Origin: Escherichia coli
GTDB taxonomy: Bacteria; Pseudomonadota; Gammaproteobacteria; Enterobacterales; Enterobacteriaceae
Reading direction: 5' to 3' (one strand)
Assembly: GCF_003018255.1 (NCBI RefSeq)
Contig: NZ_CP027440.1
Length of the DNA: 64,000 nt
The notes beneath the pieces were generated by a model. That model worked only from the letters and a program-made list of their open reading frames with translations, did no database searches and had not been told where the DNA came from. The position numbers and the translations under genes are program-made. Below, in pieces: positions 20,699 to 31,253 of the stretch (positions within the stretch are counted from its first letter, which is position 1; every line of letters starts with the position of its first letter).

Positions 20699-21708
20699 CG
20701 CGGCAGTTTTCCGTGGTCGCGTAGCCAGGCGGCAGTTTTCTCGATACCTTCATCCAGGGTGATGACCGGCTGATAACCTAACTCTTCCTGCGCGCGCGTA
20801 ATATCCAGCGTAAAGTCAAAATTCAACTTGGAGACGCCGTAGTGGGTCAGCGGCGGCTCTTTTGCTGACTTGCGGCCTAAACGCTCCATGCTGCGGGCGA
20901 TCATATCCAGCATCGGGTAGGGGACGGAACGAATACGACAGTCAATATTCAACTCGTCGATCAGCTTCTGCACGATGCTGCGCAGTGTGCGATGCTCGCC
21001 GTTGGTGATGTTGTACACACGCCCGGAAGGTAGCTTATCGCAGGCTTCCTGGCTTGCCAGCCACATGGCGTGCACGGCATTTTCATAGTAGGTCATATCG
21101 ACCAGCGCACTGCCGCCATGCGGTAACAGAATGCTGCCGTAGTGGTGCATCATATGCGCCAGACGGGGAATAAAGACTTTATCGTGCGGTCCGAACAGAC
21201 TTTGTGGGCGCAGAATAGTAAAGCGCGTTTGTGGATTCGCCTGCGAAAGCATATTGATCACCTCTTCGCTGGCTGCTTTGCTACGGGCAAACTCGTTGGC
21301 GAAGCGGTGAGGGCGAAAATCTTCTTTAATATCGCGATGGTGGTGATAATCGAAGTACAGGGAGGGTGAAGAGATATGAATAAAGTTACGCACACCCCAG
21401 GCGACAGCCCATTCACCCAGGCGGCGAGTGGCGCGAACGTTAGCCAGATCGAAAGCCTGTTGTGTCCCCCAGGGCGAGGTAAAGCTGGAGCAGTGCCACA
21501 GCGTATCAATGCCCGCGAGCATCACTTTAGCTTGTGATGAGACCAGCTCGGTCAGATCCGCCGGAACAAACTCTGCGCCCATTTTTTCCAGCAATTTACC
21601 CATTGCCTCGTTGCGACCGGTCGCTCGCACGCTGATGCCTTTCTGGCATAAAAACTCTACCGCGTTTCGACCTAAGCCGCTGGTGGCGCCGGTAACCAGT
21701 ACCTTCAT
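20695..21708 (-). CDS. ybjS: NAD(P)-dependent epimerase/dehydratase-family protein YbjS (337 aa)
   Basis: ORF 20695..21771 trimmed to [13 protein letters not shown] Rossmann start. Confidence 0.85.
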   Translation of the reverse strand: MKVLVTGATSGLGRNAVEFLCQKGISVRATGRNEAMGKLLEKMGAEFVPADLTELVSSQAKVMLAGIDTLWHCSSFTSPWGTQQAFDLANVRATRRLGEWAVAWGVRNFIHISSPSLYFDYHHHRDIKEDFRPHRFANEFARSKAASEEVINMLSQANPQTRFTILRPQSLFGPHDKVFIPRLAHMMHHYGSILLPHGGSALVDMTYYENAVHAMWLASQEACDKLPSGRVYNITNGEHRTLRSIVQKLIDELNIDCRIRSVPYPMLDMIARSMERLGRKSAKEPPLTHYGVSKLNFDFTLDITRAQEELGYQPVITLDEGIEKTAAWLRDHGKLPR

Positions 21709-21806
21709 ATCAATCCACTGTTGTTGAGAAAATAACGTGCGCATTCTTCCGTGATTTCCCCCATGATGCAATGGGAAACATGAAAGAATAACGCAGGTTT
21801 TGTCGA

Positions 21807-23237
21807 TTAATCTGTGCTTTGTTCTGCCAGTCTGGCGATTCGTTTTGCCATTCCGCGAAAAATAAACAGATGCGCGGGGATCATCAATAACCAGTAAAAC
21901 AGCCCCGGCATACCGTGCGGATGCCAGAATGCGCGAACATCGATAGTACGATAGTCACCTTTATCTTCCAGGGTAAAACACAGTCGTCCCAGCCCCGGCG
22001 CTTTCATGCCAAATAACAGCGTAAGTTGTTTTTCCGGTTCAACGACAATCACTTTCCAGCTATCCACCGCATCGCCGGTCTGCAAATATTCACGCTCCGG
22101 GCGGCCTTTCGCCAGCTTATGACCGATCGCGCGGTCCATCAACGCCCGTGTCTGCCACAAAATATTGCCAAAGAAATAACGCTCTTTACCGCCGATTTGA
22201 TTCACCACCTGCCATAAAGCCGCAAGGCTGGCGGACGCTTTAACGGTAAACCCCGCCTGTTTGGCGAAATAACCGTACTCCGGTCGCCAGCGGGCAAAGG
22301 CCTGAGCGTCGTAGCCCCAGTCGCTGGAGTTGACCAGCTTTTCTTCTTCTTTCAGGGTGCGACGTACCGCGTCATCGAAAGCGATCAGCCGTTGTGGGAT
22401 GAGTGCACGTAGCGCGGTGTCATCCGCCAGCAGATCATGTTTCAGCCCCTGAATCAACGCCCTGGCGGTGGTGGGCGGTACGGAAGTAATCACATTGAGA
22501 AACCACACCGAAATCCAGCGGGTGGGGAGGGGGATGGGGATCAACCAGCGGCGCTTACCGCTCACCGCCATAAAATGTTCAAACTGTTGCTGATAACTGA
22601 GCACTTCTGGTCCGGCGGCTTCGAAGATGCGATGTTCGCTGGCCGGATGATCTAACAGCGCCACCAGATAGTGCAGCAAGTTTTCCAGCGCGATGGGCGT
22701 GGTGCGTGAACGAACCCAGCGTGGCGGCGTTAACACCGGCAGGTTGTAGACCATATCGCGCATGACTTCGAACGCCGCTGAACCTGCACCAACGATTATT
22801 CCGGCACGTAGTTCGGTCACCGGGACACCCGCTTCACGAAGAATATCCGCCGTAGCCTGACGGGCGCGCAGATGGTCAGACTGCTCATGTGCCGGGGCCT
22901 GCAACGAACTGAGGAAGATTAATTGCTTAACAGGGACTTCGCGTAGCGCATCGCGGACGTTGAGAGCCACCTGGCGCTCCTGAGCGATAAAATCGCCGCC
23001 TTCGCCCATGCTGTGCACCAGAAAATAGACCGTATCGATATCCTGCAACAGGGCCGGAAGGTTATCCGGCCAGCTGAGATCGACTTTATGGCAACTGACG
23101 TTTGCCAGTTGCAGCTTTGCAAGCCTGTCGACATGACGTGCCGCCGCCAGGATCTGATGCCCTTGCTGGCTGAGAGTTCGCACCAGATGCTGACCAATGT
23201 AGCCACTGGCACCGAGAACTAAAATGCGTTGCGGCAC
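21807..23237 (-). CDS. ybjT: NAD(P)-binding protein YbjT (476 aa), GTG start
   Basis: ORF 21807..23312 trimmed to [15 protein letters not shown] Rossmann motif start. Confidence 0.8.
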   Translation of the reverse strand: MPQRILVLGASGYIGQHLVRTLSQQGHQILAAARHVDRLAKLQLANVSCHKVDLSWPDNLPALLQDIDTVYFLVHSMGEGGDFIAQERQVALNVRDALREVPVKQLIFLSSLQAPAHEQSDHLRARQATADILREAGVPVTELRAGIIVGAGSAAFEVMRDMVYNLPVLTPPRWVRSRTTPIALENLLHYLVALLDHPASEHRIFEAAGPEVLSYQQQFEHFMAVSGKRRWLIPIPLPTRWISVWFLNVITSVPPTTARALIQGLKHDLLADDTALRALIPQRLIAFDDAVRRTLKEEEKLVNSSDWGYDAQAFARWRPEYGYFAKQAGFTVKASASLAALWQVVNQIGGKERYFFGNILWQTRALMDRAIGHKLAKGRPEREYLQTGDAVDSWKVIVVEPEKQLTLLFGMKAPGLGRLCFTLEDKGDYRTIDVRAFWHPHGMPGLFYWLLMIPAHLFIFRGMAKRIARLAEQSTD

Positions 23238-23247
23238 GTCTCTCTCC

Positions 23248-24249
23248 TTAACGCGCCAGGAACGCACGCCAGTGGGCGGCAACTTCCGCCAGTTGTTCAC
23301 GCGAGACGTCAAGATGGGTCACCAGGCGGACAATCGGCGAGGCGTTAATCAGCACGTTTCTCGCTTTCATGTATTCGCCTAACGCGGCAGCATTTTCTTC
23401 CCCGACGCGAACAAACAGCATATTGGTGTCCTGACGCATCACATCCGCGCCTGCTTCACGCAACTGCTCCGCCATCCAGGCGGCGTTATCGTGGTCTTCC
23501 TGCAAACGTGCGACGTTATTTTTCAGGGCATACATCCCGGCGGCAGCCAGAATGCCGGACTGACGCATCCCGCCACCTGTCATTTTCCGCCAGCGAATGG
23601 CACGTTTAATGTAATCACGATTACCGACGAGTAATGAACCGACCGGCGTCCCAAGACCTTTCGACAGGCAAATGGTGAACGAATCACAATATTGCGTGAT
23701 CTCTTTCAGTTCGCAGCCGTAAGCCACCACGGCATTAAAGATGCGCGCACCGTCAACATGCAGCGCCAGATTGCGCTCGCGAGTAAATTCCCATGCTTCT
23801 TTCAGGTATTCCCGCGGCAACACTTTGCCGTTGTGGGTGTTTTCCAGACTGAGTAATTTGGTGCGGGCGAAATGGATATCGTCGGGTTTGATCTTCATCG
23901 CCACTTTATCCAGAGGTAGCGTGCCGTCGGCAGCCGCGTCGATGGGTTGCGGCTGAATACTGCCCAGCACTGCTGCGCCACCGGCTTCAAACAGATAGTT
24001 ATGCGCGGCCTGACCGACGATATACTCTTCGCCGCGTTCGCAGTGACTGAGCAGAGCGACCAGGTTGGCCTGAGTGCCGGTAGGCAGAAAAATGGCGGCT
24101 TCTTTACCGGAAAGCTCTGCTGCATAGTCCTGCAGAGCATTAACGGTAGGGTCGTCTCCGTAAACGTCGTCCCCAACCGGGGCGGCCATCATCGCTTCGA
24201 GCATGGCGCGGCTCGGTCGGGTAACGGTATCACTGCGTAAATCAATCAT
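23248..24249 (-). CDS. ltaE: Low-specificity L-threonine aldolase LtaE (333 aa)
   Basis: ORF 23248..24249; PLP-enzyme translation. Confidence 0.9.
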   Translation of the reverse strand: MIDLRSDTVTRPSRAMLEAMMAAPVGDDVYGDDPTVNALQDYAAELSGKEAAIFLPTGTQANLVALLSHCERGEEYIVGQAAHNYLFEAGGAAVLGSIQPQPIDAAADGTLPLDKVAMKIKPDDIHFARTKLLSLENTHNGKVLPREYLKEAWEFTRERNLALHVDGARIFNAVVAYGCELKEITQYCDSFTICLSKGLGTPVGSLLVGNRDYIKRAIRWRKMTGGGMRQSGILAAAGMYALKNNVARLQEDHDNAAWMAEQLREAGADVMRQDTNMLFVRVGEENAAALGEYMKARNVLINASPIVRLVTHLDVSREQLAEVAAHWRAFLAR

Positions 24250-24285
24250 GGCATGTCCTTATTATGACGGGAAATGCCACCCTTT

Positions 24286-26004
24286 TTACCTTAGCCAGTT
24301 CGTTTTCGCCAGCTCGATCACTTCATCGCCGCGTCCGCTGATAATTGCGCGCAGCATATACAGGCTGAAACCTTTGGCCTGTTCGAGTTTGATCTGCGGT
24401 GGAATGGCTAACTCTTCTTTGGCGACCACCACATCCACCAACACCGGACCGTCGATGGAGAAGGCGCGTTGCAGGGCTTCATCGACTTCAGAGGCTTTTT
24501 CTACACGAATACCCGTAATGCCGCACGCTTCGGCAATGCGGGCAAAGTTGGTGTCGTGCAGCTCAGTACCGTCTGTCAGGTAGCCTCCGGCTTTCATCTC
24601 CATCGCCACAAAGCCCAGCACGCTGTTATTAAAGACGATAATTTTCACCGGCAGTTTCATCTGCACTACTGAGAGGAAATCGCCCATCAACATGCTAAAA
24701 CCGCCATCGCCGCACATGGCGACCACCTGACGTTCCGGCTCGGTTGCCTGCGCACCCAGCGCCTGCGGCATGGCGTTAGCCATCGAACCGTGGTTAAACG
24801 AACCTAACAGGCGACGCTTGCCGTTCATTTTTAGATAACGTGCCGCCCACACCGTTGGCGTACCAACGTCACAGGTGAAAATAGCGTCATCGGCGGCAAA
24901 ATGACTAATTTGCTGCGCCAGATATTGCGGGTGAATGGCTTTCTCGCTCGGTTTAGCTAAATCGTCCAGCCCTTTGCGGGCGTCGCGGTAATCTTCCAGC
25001 GCTTTATCCAGAAACTTGCGATCGGCTTTTTCTTCCACCAATGGCAGCAATGCACGCAGAGTCGACTTGATATCGCCGACCAGTGCCATATCAACCTTGC
25101 TGTGAGCGCCGATGCTGGCTGGGTTGATATCAATCTGAATGATTTTGGCATCGGTCGGGTAGAAGGCGCGGTAGGGAAATTGCGTGCCGAGTAGCACTAA
25201 CGTGTCGGCGTTCATCATGGTATGGAAACCTGACGAAAAGCCGATTAACCCGGTCATTCCAACATCATACGGATTATCGTATTCGACATGTTCTTTACCG
25301 CGCAGGGCATGAACTATAGGCGCTTTAATTTTCCCGGCAAACTCAACTAACTCTTTATGCGCCCCCGCGCAGCCGCTGCCACACATCAGGGCGATATTGC
25401 TGGAATAACGCAGCAGTTGCGCCAGTTTGCGTAACTCTTCTTCTTCCGGCGTCACGACTGGTTGTGGCGCATGATACCAGTGCGTGGTTGCCCCTTCTGG
25501 CGCAGGTTTTAACGCCACGTCGCCCGGTAACACGACAACGGAAACGCCACGGTTTAGCACCGCTTTGCGCATGGCAATCGCCAGCACTTGTGGGATTTGC
25601 TCCGGGCTGGAAACCAGCTCGCAATAGTGACTACATTCGCGGAATAACTCTTGTGGGTGGGTTTCCTGGAAATAGCCGCTGCCAATTTCGCTGGAGGGAA
25701 TATGAGCGGCAATCGCCAGTACCGGAACGTGATTGCGGTGGCAATCGAACAGGCCGTTGATTAAGTGCAGGTTGCCGGGGCCGCACGATCCGGCACAGAC
25801 CGCCAGTTCTCCGCTAAGTTGTGCTTCAGCGCCAGCGGCAAACGCCGCCACTTCTTCATGCCGGGTGGACATCCACTCGATGGTGCCCATGCGATTAAGA
25901 CTGTCACTAAGACCGTTCAGAGAGTCGCCCGTGACTCCCCAGATGCGTTTCACGCCTGCCGATTCGAGTGTTTTGGCGATATAAGCTGCAACCGTTTGTT
26001 TCAT
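24286..26004 (-). CDS. poxB: Pyruvate oxidase (ubiquinone) PoxB, TPP/FAD enzyme (572 aa)
   Basis: ORF 24286..26004; TPP-binding GDGGF motif. Confidence 0.9.
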   Translation of the reverse strand: MKQTVAAYIAKTLESAGVKRIWGVTGDSLNGLSDSLNRMGTIEWMSTRHEEVAAFAAGAEAQLSGELAVCAGSCGPGNLHLINGLFDCHRNHVPVLAIAAHIPSSEIGSGYFQETHPQELFRECSHYCELVSSPEQIPQVLAIAMRKAVLNRGVSVVVLPGDVALKPAPEGATTHWYHAPQPVVTPEEEELRKLAQLLRYSSNIALMCGSGCAGAHKELVEFAGKIKAPIVHALRGKEHVEYDNPYDVGMTGLIGFSSGFHTMMNADTLVLLGTQFPYRAFYPTDAKIIQIDINPASIGAHSKVDMALVGDIKSTLRALLPLVEEKADRKFLDKALEDYRDARKGLDDLAKPSEKAIHPQYLAQQISHFAADDAIFTCDVGTPTVWAARYLKMNGKRRLLGSFNHGSMANAMPQALGAQATEPERQVVAMCGDGGFSMLMGDFLSVVQMKLPVKIIVFNNSVLGFVAMEMKAGGYLTDGTELHDTNFARIAEACGITGIRVEKASEVDEALQRAFSIDGPVLVDVVVAKEELAIPPQIKLEQAKGFSLYMLRAIISGRGDEVIELAKTNWLR

Positions 26005-26136
26005 GGTTCTCCATCTCCTGAATGTGATAACGGTTACAAGTTTAGTTCATCTGACGGAGGGGGAAGGGATGGGAGAAAAAGGAGGCACTAACGGTTAAAT
26101 AGCCCGATGAAAGGAATATCATCGGGCATCAGGCGA

Positions 26137-27105
26137 TTATGCGAGAACCAAATCCCCCTGCGGATGGCAGGAGCAGGCCAGTACGTAACCTTCAGCGATT
26201 TCGGCGTCGGTCAGCGTCATTGTGCTGCTCACCGTATATTCACCGGAAACCACTTTCGTCTTACAGCAGCCGCAAACACCTGCGCGGCAGGCGGCGACAA
26301 CCGGAACGTTATTGCTTTCCAGCGCCTCCAGTAGCGTGGTGCCAACCGGGGCGTAAAATTCTCGTGCCGGTTGCAGTTTGGTGAATTTCAGACCGCTGGT
26401 CGCCGCTTCCGCTACTGGGGTGAAGAATTTCTCTTTAAAGAAACGCGTCACGCCGAGCGCTTTCACTTCCTGCTCTACCCAATCCATATATGGAGCAGGG
26501 CCACAGGTCATCACGGTACGTGAGGCTAAATCAGGGACACCTGCCAGCAGTTCGCGAGTGAGACGACCAGCGATAAAGCCTTCGGTAACGTTATTTTCCG
26601 CCACCAGCGTTACCGGATAGTTACGCCACTCATCGGCGAAAATCACATCCTGCGGCGTACGCACGTTGTAGATCACCTGCACATCGGCCTGTGGACGGTT
26701 CTTCGCCAGCCAGCGACGCATCGACATAATCGGCGTAACGCCGCAGCCTGCCGCCAGCAACAGGAATTTATCTTCTGCTTTATCATCGCAGGTAAATTCC
26801 CCCATCGCGTCCGAAAGCCAGAGATAATCACCGCGTTTTACATCGCGCGTCAGCCACCGGGAGCCGACACCGTCATCAATCCGCCGCACAGTCAGGGTGA
26901 TGTATTCACTCACGCCTGGCGTGGAGGAAATGGTGTAAGCACGCAGCGTTTCCGCTGAGTTACGCACGCTGACCAGTGCATATTGCCCGGCGCGATATGG
27001 GTAGTAATCGTGGCAAATCAGGGAAATCGTCCACACATCCGGCGTTTCTTGCGTAATGTGATGAACCTGCATCCGCCACGGGCATTGATTCGTTGGCATC
27101 GTCAT
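26137..27105 (-). CDS. hcr: NADH oxidoreductase Hcr (FNR-like flavin domain + C-terminal 2Fe-2S), 322 aa
   Basis: ORF 26137..27111 trimmed to MTMPTNQ; C-terminal CRAGVCGCC cluster. Confidence 0.9.
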   Translation of the reverse strand: MTMPTNQCPWRMQVHHITQETPDVWTISLICHDYYPYRAGQYALVSVRNSAETLRAYTISSTPGVSEYITLTVRRIDDGVGSRWLTRDVKRGDYLWLSDAMGEFTCDDKAEDKFLLLAAGCGVTPIMSMRRWLAKNRPQADVQVIYNVRTPQDVIFADEWRNYPVTLVAENNVTEGFIAGRLTRELLAGVPDLASRTVMTCGPAPYMDWVEQEVKALGVTRFFKEKFFTPVAEAATSGLKFTKLQPAREFYAPVGTTLLEALESNNVPVVAACRAGVCGCCKTKVVSGEYTVSSTMTLTDAEIAEGYVLACSCHPQGDLVLA

Positions 27106-27116
27106 CGACAAACTCC

Positions 27117-28769
27117 TTACGCGCTCAACAGTTGCTTCATGTCTTCTTCAACAGTGGTGATAGAACGCAGGCCGAATTTCTCGTTCAGCACCGCCAGCAG
27201 GTCTGGTGTCAGGAAACCAGGTGCAGTCGGGCCGGTGACGATATTTTTCACACCCAGAGAAAGCAGCGTCAGCAGAATGACAATCGCTTTCTGTTCAAAC
27301 CAGGAGAGCACCAGCGACAGCGGCAGATCGTTGACTCCGCAGCCCAGTTTCTCTGCCAGCGTTACCGCCAGAATAATTGCTGAGTAAGCATCGTTACACT
27401 GACCAGCATCTACCAGACGCGGCAGACCTTCGATATCGCCAAACTCAAGTTTATTAAAGCGATATTTACCGCAAGCGAGGGTCAGGATCAGGCAGTCATC
27501 CGGCACGCTGGTGGCGAAATCGGTGAAGTAGTGACGCTCGCCGCGTGCGCCGTCACAGCCGCCAAGCAGGAAGATATGACGCAGTTTTTCACGGCTCACC
27601 AGATCAATCAGCGTATCGGCTGCGCCAAGCAGTGTCTGGCGACCAAAGCCCACGGTGATCAGGTGCGGAATTTCGCTGTACGGGAAGCCCGCCATCTGTT
27701 GCGCCTGGGCGATGACCGCAGAGAAATCTTCGCCATCCAGATGACGCACACCCGGCCAGCCAACGATGCTGCGGGTCCAGATACGATCGTCATAAGCGCC
27801 TACGGTTGGGTCGATGATGCAGTTCGAGGTCATCACGATGGGGCCAGGGAAACGAGCGAACTCCACTTGCTGATTCTGCCAGCCGCTGCCGTAGTTACCG
27901 ACCAGATGCTTGAATTTACGCAGCTCCGGGTAGCCATGCGCAGGCAGCATTTCACCGTGGGTGTAGACATTAACGCCCGTGCCTTCGGTCTGTTCCAGCA
28001 GGTTGTAGAGATCTTTGAGATCGTGACCGGAAATCAGAATGCATTTACCTGCCGTCGCTTTGACGTTGACCTGGGTTGGGGTCGGGTGACCGTATTTACT
28101 GGTTTCGCCTGCATCCAGAATGCTCATCACTTTGAAGTTCATCTGGCCGATTTCCATTGAACACTCAAGAAGCGCGTTCATATCGGCAGGCCAGGTCCCC
28201 AGCCACGCCATGATTTTATGGTACTGGGCATAAATATCGTTGTCGTATTGACCGAGAACATGCGCGTGTTCCATATAGGCCGCCGCACCTTTCAGGCCAT
28301 ACAGGCACAGTAGACGCAGGCCGAGAATGTTTTCGCCAATCGCCGCTTTATCTTTGTTAGGGGTAAATTCTGCTGCCTGACGTTGCAGCTCGCCGAGATC
28401 GTCGCTCACCAGTTGCAGGTCAGCCATCGGGTTATCGACGCGGGCGTTGGCATCTACAGCCAGGCATTGTGCTTTCAGCGCCTCGCGCAGGGCAATCGCT
28501 TCACGAGCGTAGCCGACAATACGCGGAGAATCGAAGTTAACGTTGGTCAGGGTTGAGAAAAAGGCACGTGGCGCAAAGCTGTCTACATCGTGGTTGATGA
28601 TGCCGTATTCACGTGCTTTCACTGCCCAGGCCGAAAGCCCTTGCAGCGCCGCGATGAGTAAATCCTGAAGGTCAGAGGTTTCCGCCGTTTTACCACACAT
28701 CCCCTGCGCGTATGAGCAGCCGTTTCCTGCCGGAGTACGGATAGTTTGTTCACATTGCACACAAAACAT
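27117..28769 (-). CDS. hcp: Hybrid-cluster protein Hcp (hydroxylamine reductase), 550 aa
   Basis: ORF 27117..28775 trimmed to MFCVQCEQT; N-terminal Cys cluster. Confidence 0.9.
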   Translation of the reverse strand: MFCVQCEQTIRTPAGNGCSYAQGMCGKTAETSDLQDLLIAALQGLSAWAVKAREYGIINHDVDSFAPRAFFSTLTNVNFDSPRIVGYAREAIALREALKAQCLAVDANARVDNPMADLQLVSDDLGELQRQAAEFTPNKDKAAIGENILGLRLLCLYGLKGAAAYMEHAHVLGQYDNDIYAQYHKIMAWLGTWPADMNALLECSMEIGQMNFKVMSILDAGETSKYGHPTPTQVNVKATAGKCILISGHDLKDLYNLLEQTEGTGVNVYTHGEMLPAHGYPELRKFKHLVGNYGSGWQNQQVEFARFPGPIVMTSNCIIDPTVGAYDDRIWTRSIVGWPGVRHLDGEDFSAVIAQAQQMAGFPYSEIPHLITVGFGRQTLLGAADTLIDLVSREKLRHIFLLGGCDGARGERHYFTDFATSVPDDCLILTLACGKYRFNKLEFGDIEGLPRLVDAGQCNDAYSAIILAVTLAEKLGCGVNDLPLSLVLSWFEQKAIVILLTLLSLGVKNIVTGPTAPGFLTPDLLAVLNEKFGLRSITTVEEDMKQLLSA

Positions 28770-28912
28770 GATCACACCTTTTAAAGTTATATTTAATATA
28801 CATGTTTAAGGTTAAGACGCTTAACGCGGGGATAAAAGAGATTTTTAATGCAACTTTAAGGGAGATTGATTTAGCGCAATTTTGGCGGCAGAGATCTACC
28901 GCCAGAGAGGTA

Positions 28913-29812
28913 TTATGCAGAGAAAAAGGCGATGAGAATCGGCACTAACAGACTAAGAATAAAACCGTGAACAATCGCCGCCGGGACCATATCCAGCCCG
29001 CCTGTACGTTGAAGAACGGGCAGGGTGAAATCCATCGACGTCGCACCGCATAAGCCCAGTGCAGTAGAGCGGCTACGGCGAATCAGCCCAGGGATTAACA
29101 TAATAGCAATCAGCTCACGGGCCAGATCATTAAAAAACGCCGCGCTCCCGATTACCGGACCAAAAGATTCGGTCAATAAAATACCGGAAAGAGAATACCA
29201 GCCGAAACCGGAGGCCATTGCCAGCGCGGTATTGATGGGAAGATCAAGAATAAAGGCGTTAATTAAACCACCAATTAATGAACTGGCAACCACCACCACG
29301 GCGACAATCATTCCCCGGCGATTAAGGACAATCTGCTTTAAGGTCATGCCATTATTGCGCAACTGAATACCGACGAGGAAAAGTAGCAGAATTAAGGTGT
29401 ATTCACTGGCTTCGGTCGCGTGTTGTAAGAAAGCCAGTCCACTCAGACCAATGGCAAAACCAATCACTACTACGCCGCACAGTTTTAGCGACTCCAGCGC
29501 CATCGCAATACGCGACGGGAGTTTTTCTTGATGATGGTGGTTGCGCCATGGCAGGCCGCGCTCCAGCCACATCAGGGCGGCAATATTACACAGTAAAATA
29601 ACGGTAATACTGACGGCAGAATAATGCAGAATTGCCAACAAGTTACTGGCGAGGTTATCGAGAAACGCCAGACTGATACCCATAAAAAAGAGAATAAGGT
29701 AAACCATCCAACTTAATAGCTGATTAATAACTCTTAATGCAGCTTTTTGGCGAAGCGGAATGAGGTAACCCACAATCAGGGGAACCAGAATGATTAACAG
29801 CCCAGAAAACAT
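28913..29812 (-). CDS. lysO: L-lysine exporter LysO (YbjE), 299 aa
   Basis: ORF 28913..29857 trimmed to MFSGLLIILV; multi-span membrane protein. Confidence 0.8.
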   Translation of the reverse strand: MFSGLLIILVPLIVGYLIPLRQKAALRVINQLLSWMVYLILFFMGISLAFLDNLASNLLAILHYSAVSITVILLCNIAALMWLERGLPWRNHHHQEKLPSRIAMALESLKLCGVVVIGFAIGLSGLAFLQHATEASEYTLILLLFLVGIQLRNNGMTLKQIVLNRRGMIVAVVVVASSLIGGLINAFILDLPINTALAMASGFGWYSLSGILLTESFGPVIGSAAFFNDLARELIAIMLIPGLIRRSRSTALGLCGATSMDFTLPVLQRTGGLDMVPAAIVHGFILSLLVPILIAFFSA

Positions 29813-29993
29813 GAAAAACCAGTCCTTGCAAAGAAGATTCGAAATGCGCGATGACACACTACTGAAAGCGGAAGGACGAGTAAAGTTGCAATTAAAAGGA
29901 AATGTTATGCATCAGAGGGGGATTTTTAATTCTATATGAGTGTTTAGCATTGTTGCGCTCCTTTCATGTGCAATGCCATATAAAGCCACTGGC

Positions 29994-30040
29994 GCAGGGA
30001 GCGGCCAGTTGCCGCCGCTCCCTGCCCCCCCGGCCTTCGG
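29994..30040 (-). terminator. GC-rich hairpin pair (12-bp stem GCAGGGAGCGGC/GCCGCTCCCTGC, then CCCCG-N5-CGGGG) about 100 nt downstream of aqpZ; possible terminator or structured spacer element
   Basis: Inverted repeats read directly; no strong U-run follows on minus strand, so intrinsic-terminator assignment is tentative. Confidence 0.35.
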
Positions 30041-30132
30041 GGAACGCCTCGGCGATTTTAACGCCACCAACACCCGTGCGGTTTGTAACGTCGAAGATAA
30101 AACCACCAGGGCAGACAACATGCCAATGCTAA

Positions 30133-30828
30133 TTAATCGCGTTTTTCCAGTAGAGTCCGGTAAATCAGACCACCGATAATACCGCCGACAATTGGCACCA
30201 CCCAGAAGAACCACAGTTGTTCTAATGCCCAGCCGCCCTGGAAGATAGCAACCGCAGTACTGCGCGCCGGGTTAACGGAAGTGTTAGTCACCGGAATACT
30301 GATTAAGTGAATCAGGGTTAAGGCCAGACCAATGGCAATTGGCGCAAAACCAGCAGGAGCGAATTTGTCAGTTGCGCCGTGGATCACCAACAGGAAACCT
30401 GCACTCAATACCAGTTCAACTACCAGCGCGGAAAGCATGGAATAACCGCCTGGTGAATGCTCGCCATAACCGTTAGAAGCAAAACCGCTGGCTGCCGCGT
30501 CAAAACCCGTTTTACCACTGGCAATTAAATACAGCAGCGCCGCCGCAACAATACCGCCGACAACCTGGGCAATTACGTAGCCAACGACTTCTTTTGCCGG
30601 GAAACGTCCGCCAGCCCATAAACCAATAGTGACCGCCGGGTTAAAATGACCACCAGAAATATGACCAACAGCAAAGGCCATTGTCAGAACGGTCAGACCG
30701 AACGCCAACGCCACGCCGGCAAAACCAATGCCTAATTCCGGGAAGCCTGCGGCCAGTACGGCACTACCACAGCCGCCAAAAACAAGCCAGAAAGTACCAA
30801 AACATTCAGCTGCTAATTTTCTGAACAT
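30133..30828 (-). CDS. aqpZ: Aquaporin Z (231 aa)
   Basis: ORF 30133..30834 trimmed to [11 protein letters not shown]; two NPA motifs ([14 protein letters not shown]). Confidence 0.9.
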   Translation of the reverse strand: MFRKLAAECFGTFWLVFGGCGSAVLAAGFPELGIGFAGVALAFGLTVLTMAFAVGHISGGHFNPAVTIGLWAGGRFPAKEVVGYVIAQVVGGIVAAALLYLIASGKTGFDAAASGFASNGYGEHSPGGYSMLSALVVELVLSAGFLLVIHGATDKFAPAGFAPIAIGLALTLIHLISIPVTNTSVNPARSTAVAIFQGGWALEQLWFFWVVPIVGGIIGGLIYRTLLEKRD

Positions 30829-31253
30829 ATCCACCTCAATTAAAAATTGACCCTGTGAAAAATATGGTCGTTTTATAGGGTCGTCGTAAAAAAGTGACGA
30901 CGGAAATAATGCGCGGCTATTTTAAAAACGAAGGCAAGTCATTCACCAGATAAATAAATCCAGTAAATTTGATTTAAGGCAACAGCGGGTTGCCCCATAT
31001 AGTCATTTGTCTGATTGACAGTGTAGTGCAAGCGAAAGATTTAATCCTTTAGGCGTAATAAAAAATAATTTATCATGCTAATTATTTGATTTTGTTGTTT
31101 TTGCAGACTTATCAGCAAGAGGGAGTATAACGCGATTATTCGCTCATTTTTCAGACATTTGCCATGCTTAAATGTGATGTCATCACGTATTAGCATGGCC
31201 TTTCCCGTTATACTGCCAGCGTAAAGGATAAGTCACATATTTCTGGAGGGGAT

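Noticed and set aside
29902-30179. Plus-strand ORFs (76 aa and 79 aa) in the aqpZ-lysO spacer
   Set aside because: They span the GC-rich hairpins and run into the 3' end of aqpZ on the opposite strand; no Shine-Dalgarno sequence; composition is driven by the palindromes.
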